Source: a virus
Lineage: Duplodnaviria > Caudoviricetes
Strand: one strand, 5' to 3'
DNA: 47,115 bases
IMG/VR virus record: IMGVR_UViG_3300046795_000055
Location: 1-47,115 of that record
Both the position numbers and the translations under genes were made by a program. Numbering within the stretch: position 1 is the first letter of the stretch; every line of letters begins with the position of its first letter. The notes under the pieces were generated by a model. The model ran no database searches. It was not told the DNA's origin and was given only the letters and a program-made list of their open reading frames with translations. Positions 17,286 to 26,300 of this stretch are shown piece after piece.

Positions 17286-17874
17286 CGAGTGGGGCGCGTG
17301 CCCGCCGGACGGTTATCGCTATGTCGATCCCGTATCCGGCTTTCTAGCTCACGCCTGGACTTATGTTGACTGGATAAACGTCGAGAAGGCTCACCTGATC
17401 GCAAATAGCAGAGAAATTCCCGCCACGCTTGAGTCTGACATGCAACATCAGCTATGCCTGACGCTTCCTCCTGGTTGGTGCCTTTATGACGACGATTCCC
17501 GGCCACGGCCTTCAGTCCAGCTTAGTTGGGATAACGTCGTCGGGGGAGTGAAAACTTTCACTCGCTGGATCGCTGCCGGTTGCAAATTTGTCGCTCAGAG
17601 TGAGGCGGAGAGGCGCGGCACCATCTGTGCGAATTGCTATCTCAACGTCAATGTTCAGGGTTGCTCCGGGTGCCAGGCAGCGGTCAAGGAGATGGTGGGA
17701 GACAAAAAGACGAAGGTCGATGGGTCGCTGCGTTCCTGCGCTGTCTGCAAATGTTTCCTGAAGGCGAAAGTGCATTTCCCGATAGAGACCCTTGACACAG
17801 ATTCGGAAAAGGTGCAATCAATGTACCCGGGCTTCTGCTGGCTCAACAAGGAAAGCGTGAATTACCGTGGCTAA
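17251..17874 (+). CDS. Cys-rich hypothetical protein
   Basis: CANC, CSGC, CAVCKC motifs. Confidence 0.8.
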   Translation: MSHPNTPLQLINEWGACPPDGYRYVDPVSGFLAHAWTYVDWINVEKAHLIANSREIPATLESDMQHQLCLTLPPGWCLYDDDSRPRPSVQLSWDNVVGGVKTFTRWIAAGCKFVAQSEAERRGTICANCYLNVNVQGCSGCQAAVKEMVGDKKTKVDGSLRSCAVCKCFLKAKVHFPIETLDTDSEKVQSMYPGFCWLNKESVNYRG

Positions 17875-18112
17875 ACCGATCCTCCTATTTCGCATAGACG
17901 TCGGTTTCGATCCAGAGCGCGGCTACGCCGCCAGCGTCCTCGACCTCCAGGAGCAGAAGATGAAAGGCATCCGGGGCAACTCCATCCAGCAGGTCACCGC
18001 CCGCCTTCGCATCGCGCTCAACGAGGTGATGGAGAAGCGAAAACACTTTCCACTGGAGCACGAAAGAAACGAACCATCAAGGATCATAACACCCAACGGC
18101 GGATACCCATGA
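17867..18112 (+). CDS. Hypothetical protein
   Basis: Coupled ORF. Confidence 0.7.
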   Translation: MAKPILLFRIDVGFDPERGYAASVLDLQEQKMKGIRGNSIQQVTARLRIALNEVMEKRKHFPLEHERNEPSRIITPNGGYP

Positions 18113-18387
18113 CACCAGAATTAAAACCGGACAACGACCCCACTGAACTTCCCTTCAGCGAAATCAAGGACGACAAAACGCTGCGCAAAAACCTGGACGA
18201 CCAGCTTCAACAACTCAAACTGCTTCCTTCCAGCAGGGAACGCGCACTGGCCATTACCAAGTTGCAGGAGGCCATCATGTGGCTGGGCATGGATCTCAAG
18301 CGGCTCGGTGAAGCGCATCCATACCCAACCAGCTACGATCCCGCTTCTCCGGTAGTCCACCCAACCGCCGAAGGCTTGAAGCTATGA
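18109..18387 (+). CDS. Tad1/Acb2-like helical hairpin protein, putative nucleotide-signal sponge
   Basis: SRERALAITKLQEAIMWL motif. Confidence 0.6.
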   Translation: MTPELKPDNDPTELPFSEIKDDKTLRKNLDDQLQQLKLLPSSRERALAITKLQEAIMWLGMDLKRLGEAHPYPTSYDPASPVVHPTAEGLKL

Positions 18388-18581
18388 AAGCCTACCAGGA
18401 GAGAGTGGTCAACGAGCAGAACGCCCTGGACGAGAAAATCGAGCTGCTCACCGAGTTCCTCAAAGATACCAATTCCCGCCAGATCGTTTGCCCCATCGAG
18501 CTGGAACGGATGGACAGGCAGCTTGACCTGATGGTGAAGTACTCCGCAGTCCTTGGAGAGCGCATTAAGAATTTCAAATGA
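18384..18581 (+). CDS. crAss001_48-like small protein
   Basis: YQERVV.EQ..LDEKI..L..FL...RQL..M..YS.VL.ERI..F pattern. Confidence 0.65.
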   Translation: MKAYQERVVNEQNALDEKIELLTEFLKDTNSRQIVCPIELERMDRQLDLMVKYSAVLGERIKNFK

Positions 18582-21169
18582 CCGACACCTATGGCACGCG
18601 GCTTGCCTCGTTAGACGAAGAAGGTAATCGTCCCGATTCCCGGATTGGTAACGCCGGTAACGCCCGCAGCCTGGTGCAGCGTCTCAAGCATGAGGACGAG
18701 ACGCGAATGTTCCGTTACACCCGCATGATGGGTCTGATGGACGGCAATCCTCCCTGGAATCAGCAGAAGCTAATCGACATCGGCCAGGGTCACCGCGCCA
18801 ATTTCAACCTGCGCGAAAGCGAAGGCATCGTGGAAGCGGCCAAGACTCCCTACTACGATCTGGTGTTTGAAGTTCCCTACTTCGCCCGCCTTGAGTTCGA
18901 CGTCCAGGGAGCCGCGTCCCACATGGTCAATCAGTGGAGCGACATCGCCACCGAGGAATACACCGACACCCTTTCAGCCTGGGACGGTTACGATCACCAG
19001 ATCCAGCTTCACCAGTGGCAGATGATCGTCAACGGCGTGGGGCCGATCTTCTGGCCGCATTTTATCGGATGGCACAGTGAAGCAGTCAAGTCGCGCCGGG
19101 TGCTTGTCCCCATCGAGACCAAAGCCAATGTGGACGAGCTGGAGCTGTGCTGCGTCCTGCATTCCTACCGCGCCGACGAGCTGGAGCAGTTCATCAAGAA
19201 AGGCGGCACCTACGAAGCTGATGGCGATGGCTGGAACATCCCGCTGTGTGAGAAGGCCATCATCGACTCCGCCAAGCGCGAGATGCGGCAGACCTGGGGG
19301 ACTGAAAACTATGATCTTTACCAACGGGCGATACGCACTGGTGACCTATTCCATGGCATTCATCGCAGTGATCGCATTTATGTGGCTTCTCTCTTTGTCA
19401 AAGAGTTCGGGGGAAAAATATCTCACTACATGATAACCGACCAGAACCTCGGGCATCAGACTGATTACGATAGCCTGATGGGAGACGAGATCGGTTACCT
19501 GTTCAAGCGGCGCAACAAGTTTTCCTCCTTCGGCAACGTCGTTTGCCCGTTCTTCTTCGACTCCGGCCCCGATGGAACCTGGCACGCAGTCAAGGGGCTG
19601 GGGCCGAAGATTTACGATTTTTGCGACATATCCAACCGCACTTTCTGTCAGATGCTCGATGGCAGCGTGATTGGATCTGGGATCACCCTGGAAGCTCAGG
19701 ATGCCAACGCCATGGAGGAAACTCAGATCGCTCTTGTAGGCGGTGCCGCTGTAGTTTCGCCAGGATACAAAGTGGTTCAGACCCGAATCGCGGAAAGCCT
19801 GGAAGGTGCAATGGCCATGCGCCGCGAACTGCACGGCACTCTACAACAAAACACCGGATCTTACCGACAGCGAAGCGAGGAACAGAATCCCGAGCCGACT
19901 CTCGGGCAGGCCCAACTCATCAGCCAGCAGCAGCAGCTTCTCACCAAGGGAAGCACCAACCGTTACTACAACAACCTCGACAAATGGCACCGGGAAACCG
20001 TTCGCCGTCTCCTTGATCCAGCCCAAAGCTCCAGTATCCCCGGGGGAAGGGAAGCCATCGAGTTCAAAGCCCGCTGCGTCATGCGCGGAATCCCCTTTGA
20101 TGTGATGGATTTCAAGTACATCCGCCGGGTCATTTCCACTCGCTCGATCGGGTTCGGCTCTCCGCAGCTACGCGACATTTCCACCAGGGAACTGGTTTCC
20201 ATGATCCCGTACATGGATGAGGTCTCCCGCAATCACGCGCTGCGGGCACGCGCTGCCGCGCTCCCCGGGATTGGCATGCACTCGGTCGATGATTTCTTTC
20301 CGCCTATCGAGAAAAGCGGCATCCCCGACGCGCACGCCGCCCTCGCTGTCCTGGAAAACAACGCGCTCCGGCAGCAGGGCGGCAAAGCCCTGGTGGAGCC
20401 GATGCAGAATCACTCCACCCATTTCGATGTCCATTACCAGGACGTCATGCAGCATTTCATGGAGCAAACCGGACGCGGCCAACCCGGCCAGAACGGGATG
20501 AACGGAAATGGCAACGGCCAGTCACCTGCTCCGCAAGGCCCGCCGCAGCCGCCGCAGAATCCTCTGGAGCTGTTGATTCACATGGAGAACACCGGGCCTC
20601 ACATGTACCAGCACCTCCAGAAGTTGCAGGGAGATCCCACTCGCAAGCAGGAAGTTGAGCAGAAACAGAAGATGCTCAACGACCTGGGCAAGAAAAGCGA
20701 TCAACTGCACCAGCAGCTTACCGAAGGCATGCAGGCCGCAGCGGATCAGCCGCAGCCCGGGCAGCCTGATCCGGAGATGCAGGCCAAGGTGATGAAAGTT
20801 CAGGGAGACCTCCAGTTGAAGGCGCAAAAAATGGACATGGATCACGGCCTGAAAGTGCGCAAGCAGGAATTCAACGAGCAGCTTCAGGACAAGAAGACCG
20901 CCGCCGGTATCGAGCGCGACACCGCGAAGACTTCTCACGGTCTGCAACAGACCGAGGCCACCATGCAGATGGAAAAGGCCAAGACCACTCAGGATTTGCA
21001 GCTTTCAAAGGCAAAGACACGCGCCAACCTGATGATGACCGGCGCGAAAACCAAGCACGGCATGTCGATCGCCGAGCGCAAGGCGCGGCATGATGCGCGG
21101 CTCAAAGAGCGGCAGGCAGCCGCCAAAGCGCGGCAGGACGCTCAAAAGCCGAAACCAAAATCCGAATGA
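18578..21169 (+). CDS. Portal protein with long Gln-rich and coiled-coil C-terminal extension
   Basis: 863 aa, canonical position after the terminase; helical core and P22-like barrel-type tail; assignment by synteny. Confidence 0.8.
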   Translation: MTDTYGTRLASLDEEGNRPDSRIGNAGNARSLVQRLKHEDETRMFRYTRMMGLMDGNPPWNQQKLIDIGQGHRANFNLRESEGIVEAAKTPYYDLVFEVPYFARLEFDVQGAASHMVNQWSDIATEEYTDTLSAWDGYDHQIQLHQWQMIVNGVGPIFWPHFIGWHSEAVKSRRVLVPIETKANVDELELCCVLHSYRADELEQFIKKGGTYEADGDGWNIPLCEKAIIDSAKREMRQTWGTENYDLYQRAIRTGDLFHGIHRSDRIYVASLFVKEFGGKISHYMITDQNLGHQTDYDSLMGDEIGYLFKRRNKFSSFGNVVCPFFFDSGPDGTWHAVKGLGPKIYDFCDISNRTFCQMLDGSVIGSGITLEAQDANAMEETQIALVGGAAVVSPGYKVVQTRIAESLEGAMAMRRELHGTLQQNTGSYRQRSEEQNPEPTLGQAQLISQQQQLLTKGSTNRYYNNLDKWHRETVRRLLDPAQSSSIPGGREAIEFKARCVMRGIPFDVMDFKYIRRVISTRSIGFGSPQLRDISTRELVSMIPYMDEVSRNHALRARAAALPGIGMHSVDDFFPPIEKSGIPDAHAALAVLENNALRQQGGKALVEPMQNHSTHFDVHYQDVMQHFMEQTGRGQPGQNGMNGNGNGQSPAPQGPPQPPQNPLELLIHMENTGPHMYQHLQKLQGDPTRKQEVEQKQKMLNDLGKKSDQLHQQLTEGMQAAADQPQPGQPDPEMQAKVMKVQGDLQLKAQKMDMDHGLKVRKQEFNEQLQDKKTAAGIERDTAKTSHGLQQTEATMQMEKAKTTQDLQLSKAKTRANLMMTGAKTKHGMSIAERKARHDARLKERQAAAKARQDAQKPKPKSE

Positions 21170-21474
21170 CGGTAGAGCAATTCAGGCGACACAAATATCT
21201 TCCCGCCCAATGGAGGAAGGAACTGGCCACCAATGGAATTTTGCAGGCGGTGCTGGAAGTCATGGAAGACAATCACCCGGCCAGGTTTGCAATCCGTGGC
21301 GACAAGGACGAAGATGTGTCGCCGACTCGCGCTGCGATTGAGCTGGGGCTTACCCGGGGTTACTCAAAGTTCGGTGACACGCTCCGGCTGCTCGCCGTCC
21401 AGGTCGTCACCCAGAAAGATGCTGGAGAACCCACTTATGAACCGCCTCCCAGGGAAGAAACAGTAGCCCCATAA
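21166..21474 (+). CDS. Hypothetical head-module protein
   Basis: Small ORF between portal and scaffold. Confidence 0.75.
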   Translation: MTVEQFRRHKYLPAQWRKELATNGILQAVLEVMEDNHPARFAIRGDKDEDVSPTRAAIELGLTRGYSKFGDTLRLLAVQVVTQKDAGEPTYEPPPREETVAP

Positions 21475-21479
21475 CTCTT

Positions 21480-22757
21480 ATGGCCGAACCACAAATCGTA
21501 CCGCCCACCCCGACAGTCACTCAGCCTTCGCATCCGCCTCCTCCGGCTCCTCCGGATACTTCCCCGGGTCTGGATCAGATGCAGGCAATTTTCGATCGGG
21601 TGCTTCCCGACACCAGGAAACCTACTCCTTCGGCCACCGCGCCCACTGCGCCTGACGCTCCGCCAGCAGCACCAGCACAACCGGCACCAGGAGAACAACC
21701 GCCAGCAGCACCCACGGAGCAGCCGCCCGGAGAGTTAAAGATCCCTTCATTTCTGGAGGAAGCATTAAAGCCGGAGCCTCCTGCGGCGCAACAGCCGATT
21801 GATCCTGAAGCGGATTTTCCGGATGACCTTCCCCCGGATCAGAAGCAGAGCCGGATCAAAGGACTCCGCGAAGCCTACAAACGAGTCAAAGGCGAGCTGG
21901 AGACCGCCCGGCAGCGAACCGGCAGCGATCCGCAGGAACGCGCCCGGCTGCAATTCCTGGAAGGGCAGAACCGGCAGATGCAGGAAGTTCTTTCCCGTGT
22001 CGGCGTGGAACATTCACCTCAGTTTCAGCAGCAGATCATCGCGCCACTGACCGCCTCATGGCACGAAGCCGCCCGAATTGTGCGCGATGCTGGCGGCGAC
22101 CCGCAGGAATTGGCCAAAGCCATGACCTTGCAGGGGAAAGCGCAGTTTGAAGCTCTCGACATGCTCTTTTCCGAGATGCCCGAGAGCGCAAAGACAGAAG
22201 CGCATGACGCGCTGCGCACCTACCGCCGTTTTGAGGAAGCACGGCAACGCGCCGTGGCCAACGCGCCGCGAACGCTGGAAGCATTGCGGGCGCAGGACGC
22301 CGAACGTCAGTACCAGGAACTTGGGAAGCAGCGGCAGGGAATGACCGAGATGTTCGACCAGGCTCTTACCCGGCTCAGGGACGAAGCCAAGGTCGAGGTG
22401 TTCCAGCAGACTAACGATCCCGAAACCAAATGGTGGAACGAGCAGCGTGAGCAGATCATCAATCAGGGCAAGTCGCTGTTCCTGGAAAACACCGACATGA
22501 ACAAGGTGGCCCTGGCATGCCTGCTTGCTCCGGCGGCAGACGCCTACCGGAAACTCTTTCTAAAATCTCAGCAGAAAGTTGGCGAGCTTAACAAGATCAT
22601 CAAGGATCGACTTGGCGGAGAGCCGACTCTAAGCGAGAGCGGCGGGAACGCTGGCAGCCTCCTGCCTGAAGCGCAGATGCAGGAAGACCTCAAAAAGCCA
22701 TTCGATCAGGTGTTTCTGCGGGAGTTTCACAAAGCCCAGGGGAGATCACAACGATGA
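21480..22757 (+). CDS. Probable capsid scaffolding protein
   Basis: Pro/Ala-rich N-terminus then coiled coil; lies between portal and capsid. Confidence 0.7.
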   Translation: MAEPQIVPPTPTVTQPSHPPPPAPPDTSPGLDQMQAIFDRVLPDTRKPTPSATAPTAPDAPPAAPAQPAPGEQPPAAPTEQPPGELKIPSFLEEALKPEPPAAQQPIDPEADFPDDLPPDQKQSRIKGLREAYKRVKGELETARQRTGSDPQERARLQFLEGQNRQMQEVLSRVGVEHSPQFQQQIIAPLTASWHEAARIVRDAGGDPQELAKAMTLQGKAQFEALDMLFSEMPESAKTEAHDALRTYRRFEEARQRAVANAPRTLEALRAQDAERQYQELGKQRQGMTEMFDQALTRLRDEAKVEVFQQTNDPETKWWNEQREQIINQGKSLFLENTDMNKVALACLLAPAADAYRKLFLKSQQKVGELNKIIKDRLGGEPTLSESGGNAGSLLPEAQMQEDLKKPFDQVFLREFHKAQGRSQR

Positions 22758-22942
22758 AAACATTAGAAGATGGAATGTACGTGGTGGACAAGAACAACAT
22801 TTACGCCGCCTTCGTTGTCAGGAACGGCGAAGTGACGCAGTGCGCTCCGATATTGCGCAAAAATATCGGGTTCTGGATGTCAGTGGCCAAAAAGATCGCC
22901 ACTGACCTGACCATACCGCCTCCAACACTGGAGACGGCCTAG
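22754..22942 (+). CDS. Small hypothetical protein
   Basis: ATGA-coupled; ...G.V.QCAPILR pattern. Confidence 0.65.
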   Translation: MKTLEDGMYVVDKNNIYAAFVVRNGEVTQCAPILRKNIGFWMSVAKKIATDLTIPPPTLETA

Positions 22943-23103
22943 TCGTCTTTTTTAGCTGCCTTGTCCTTCTCCTCCTGGCGTTTCTGGCCTTCGGCGATGT
23001 TTTTCTTTTCCAGGTCGATGGCCGGATTGGGTTGACCGAGGGAATCCCGGTACTCGCCGCCTGCCTTGGTCTGGTGCTCCGCGTCCTTGGTGTGTTTATC
23101 CAT
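22939..23103 (-). CDS. 54-aa hydrophilic protein antisense to the head operon (MDKHTKDAEH...KKDD)
   Basis: Manual translation; phage-like codons; stop shares CTAG with the convergent gene. Confidence 0.5.
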   Translation of the reverse strand: MDKHTKDAEHQTKAGGEYRDSLGQPNPAIDLEKKNIAEGQKRQEEKDKAAKKDD

Positions 23104-23150
23104 AATGAACTGATTCGTAACATCTCCGGGATTGGCCGCAAGAAAATTCC

Positions 23151-23179
23151 TTGACTGACCTGCCCCGGGGTATTAGAAA
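23151..23179 (+). promoter_or_regulatory. Probable capsid promoter: TTGACT followed by CCCCGGGG in the spacer
   Basis: TTGACTgacctgccccggggtattagaaa; -10 ambiguous. Confidence 0.5.
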
Positions 23180-23182
23180 GCC

Positions 23183-23362
23183 TCTCGACGCGACAGCGAC
23201 CCGTCATCGCAGGGCTTAATCAGTCGAGATGTAGTCCCGATCTCAAACAGCACGGCTGAATACCGGAAGCCAGCCACCCGGAAAGGTCTGGTGCCTCCTC
23301 TTGATGGAGGAAGGATTTCATCAGCCAAACTGTTTGAGAACTTTCAGAAAGGACTACTTCGA
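23183..23362 (+). promoter_or_regulatory. Structured 5' leader of the major capsid gene
   Basis: Nested helices GTAGTCC/GGACTAC, TCTCAAACAG/CTGTTTGAGA, GGCTGA/TCAGCC; TCTCGAC/GTCGAGA. Confidence 0.6.
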
Positions 23363-24564
23363 TGGCTTGCGAAAACATCAAGAACGCTTTCTACGCTCTC
23401 ACAGGACAAGTGTCCCCGCGTCTGTATAACCGTATCAGCATTAACGATCCCTGGGTGGCCTACGTCGAGAAAGGCGAATGGCCCACAGGAATGGGTTACA
23501 CCATCAACTCGATGATGCTGGAACGGACTCTTACCAACTCGGAGAACGGAACAGAATGGGTCAATGCAACGCCCTCGGGAAACCTGGACGTTGCCACGGC
23601 GAACAACAACTGTTTGCCAGTGCCGGAACTGCTCAGTTTCGGTCAAACGCTGACACCCTTCACGATGCAGCGGAGGAATATCCAAACGGAGAACTTCTGC
23701 ATCAACGACCTGCAAAACGATTTTATGATCTCGCAGGTCTTGAGCAACGTGATGGATCAGCTTGAGACCGTTACCGAATGGGTCTGGAGCAACCGTTTCC
23801 AGAATGAGTACCTCAACCTTGCCGGTCATCACATAAATGAGACTGGCACTGGGATCATTGCTGATTCGGCCACCCGGTTCACTCCGCAGAACATTCCGAC
23901 CACGGCTACCAGCCGGTTGGTGCAGGGAACACTTGAGCAAATCTACACGCAGCTCGTCCTTGACGGTGCTGTCGCCACAGCGGGCGCAATCGGAAAGGGC
24001 GCGAACGATCAGCCGATCTTCGCGTTGTTCACCGATGCCGTCACCTCACGCGACCTCATCAGGCAAGACCCAGAGCTGCGAATGGATTTCCGGTACGCAG
24101 ATCCGGATAAACTCATCAACACGCTTGGCACGCCTTACAGCTATAACGGCTTTAAGCATGTCTGGCTGAAATTCCCGCCTCGTTACGACGCAGCGGGAGC
24201 GAGGGTTTACCCATACCTGCCACCGACAACGACCACCAAAGGATGGAAGCGCGAAGTGAATCCGGCGTACATTTACGCCAAGTTTGGGATCAGCTTCGTG
24301 TTCATTCCCACGGTGTTCACCTGCCTGTACGAGAGACCCAGCACCGCTCCCGGTGGTGGCATCAAGTTCGATTACGCATCCCACATGGGCGAGTTTCAGT
24401 TCCTGGTCATCACCGACAAGGAATGCAACCCGCGTGGTGAACTCGGCTTCTTCGACGCTCTGTATGCGTCGGCGAGTCAGCCGGGCCAAACCTACCTGGG
24501 CTACGCGATCGCGCACTTGAACTGTGCCCCGCTGCGTGTGCCGCACACCTCCTGCTACTCATAA
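23362..24564 (+). CDS. Major capsid protein
   Basis: 400 aa, follows the scaffold and has its own promoter; assignment by synteny and size. Confidence 0.8.
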   Translation: MACENIKNAFYALTGQVSPRLYNRISINDPWVAYVEKGEWPTGMGYTINSMMLERTLTNSENGTEWVNATPSGNLDVATANNNCLPVPELLSFGQTLTPFTMQRRNIQTENFCINDLQNDFMISQVLSNVMDQLETVTEWVWSNRFQNEYLNLAGHHINETGTGIIADSATRFTPQNIPTTATSRLVQGTLEQIYTQLVLDGAVATAGAIGKGANDQPIFALFTDAVTSRDLIRQDPELRMDFRYADPDKLINTLGTPYSYNGFKHVWLKFPPRYDAAGARVYPYLPPTTTTKGWKREVNPAYIYAKFGISFVFIPTVFTCLYERPSTAPGGGIKFDYASHMGEFQFLVITDKECNPRGELGFFDALYASASQPGQTYLGYAIAHLNCAPLRVPHTSCYS

Positions 24565-24620
24565 GAGTGTAGTTATGCGCCAGCATCAGCAATGGTGCTG
24601 GTCGATAACTACATGCCTAA

Positions 24621-26300
24621 ATGAGACGCAATGGTGACAGAGGTCTATGCGGTGGTGACCGGGAAATCCTTGATCGGGGATACGGCTTTCACCGCACAGG
24701 CGACAGGTGGCTTCCCGACCGGTGGCTGGGAATGCCTTCCCAGGGGCCGGTAATTCCGCCCACTCCGCCATTTGATCCGACCACCATTCCCGGGTTGTGG
24801 GGATGGTGGAAAGTCGATTCCATCTCACAGGCCGATGGCTCGGAGATACTGAGCATTCCCGACAGCAGCCCGGCCAATCATCCTTTAACCGGCCCAGCGG
24901 GATTCGCGCCTAAGTATTACGCCAACGTACTCAATGGCAAGCCCGTGATGCGCTTCAGCGGGGCAACACAGATAATGAGCCTGGCCACAGGACTTCCAGG
25001 CCCATGGACAATCATCTCGGTGGTGAAACCTGCTACTCCCACCAGTGAAATGTATCAGATGACGAACTCAGCACAGGACGGCCCGCACGCCATAAACTTC
25101 TTCGGGCCGGGAGGTGCGATATTTCATTCGCCGCCAGGAGTCAGGTATCAGTTCGGTGCCACTCCCTCAATGGCGGTTCTGGGCGGCGAGTTCCGCGTCT
25201 GGAGAGGCAGTTCCGATGGTGGCATGGCATTTTCAGGAGGCATGGGTGCAGTTTACATGGCCGCTATCGGATGGCCTAACGACCCAGCGGGACTTAACCA
25301 GCTTGGGCGAAGGGGCGTGTCAGCTCTTTCCAGTGGAGATATTGCTGAGATGTTTGCCTATAACGCAATCATTTCGGATTCCGACTACCAGAAGCTGCTC
25401 GACTATTTCATAACCCGGTTCGCGTTGCCGCACGCGCCCGACAAAGGACTGGCTGACGGTGCTGCGGTTTCCAACTGGGGAGACAGTAGCCCATCCCGTG
25501 GGCAGGCCAAGCAAGCTACCGCCAGTAAGAAACCGATCTTCAAGACCAACGTTCTCAATGGCAAACCGGTGCTACGCTTTACCACTGCCGCGCAAAGCGG
25601 CCTCACCCTTGTTTCGCCAATCTCCAACGCCGCTCCCATCACTATTTTCACGGTGATGAAACGCGCCGCTCAAAATACGCAGATTCTGGCATTGATGAGT
25701 AACACCTCATGGGGACAGGGAATCGCATCCGATGATGTCATATATGGTGGCAGCAGCTTCTATTACATCAGCACCACAGGGCCGATAGCCAACCCCAATG
25801 CGTTTCATATCATTTCAGGTCTGCATATCAGCTCTCCTTCGGCCAACATCTTTATTGATGGCACGTTACAACCGAATTTAGGTGGCGGTGGAAACACTGA
25901 TCCTTATACCTCCATCGGGTGGTTTCCCGGGGCACCAAGTTACTCTGACGGAGACATTGCCGAGATCATCGTATATTCCGGTGCGCTGGGGTTGAGACTG
26001 AAGCTCACCATCTTGATAACGACCCTACTGGTTACTGGTGAATTCCCAGGCCCAGAAGATTTTGATGCCATGGTAGGAGATCGCCATAAGATCAGACGAT
26101 ACCTTAATCGCCATGGCGCACACCCGTCACAGGCTCAACTGGATGCAGTGGTGACGCCAATGGCAGTAGGTGACCGTGCCAACATCGAGAAATACCTGAG
26201 CACCAAATACGGGATTGCCGTTACCAGCGGCGGCACCGCAGTCGATCCATCCACCGTGGCTGGACTGTTGGCCTGGTATAAGGCGGATTCACTCCTATGA
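24621..26300 (+). CDS. Virion protein with two LamG/concanavalin-like beta-sandwich repeats
   Basis: Duplicated NVLNGKPV.RF and GDIAE...Y motifs; DP..+.GL..W.K.DS segments; start uncertain. Confidence 0.75.
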   Translation: MRRNGDRGLCGGDREILDRGYGFHRTGDRWLPDRWLGMPSQGPVIPPTPPFDPTTIPGLWGWWKVDSISQADGSEILSIPDSSPANHPLTGPAGFAPKYYANVLNGKPVMRFSGATQIMSLATGLPGPWTIISVVKPATPTSEMYQMTNSAQDGPHAINFFGPGGAIFHSPPGVRYQFGATPSMAVLGGEFRVWRGSSDGGMAFSGGMGAVYMAAIGWPNDPAGLNQLGRRGVSALSSGDIAEMFAYNAIISDSDYQKLLDYFITRFALPHAPDKGLADGAAVSNWGDSSPSRGQAKQATASKKPIFKTNVLNGKPVLRFTTAAQSGLTLVSPISNAAPITIFTVMKRAAQNTQILALMSNTSWGQGIASDDVIYGGSSFYYISTTGPIANPNAFHIISGLHISSPSANIFIDGTLQPNLGGGGNTDPYTSIGWFPGAPSYSDGDIAEIIVYSGALGLRLKLTILITTLLVTGEFPGPEDFDAMVGDRHKIRRYLNRHGAHPSQAQLDAVVTPMAVGDRANIEKYLSTKYGIAVTSGGTAVDPSTVAGLLAWYKADSLL

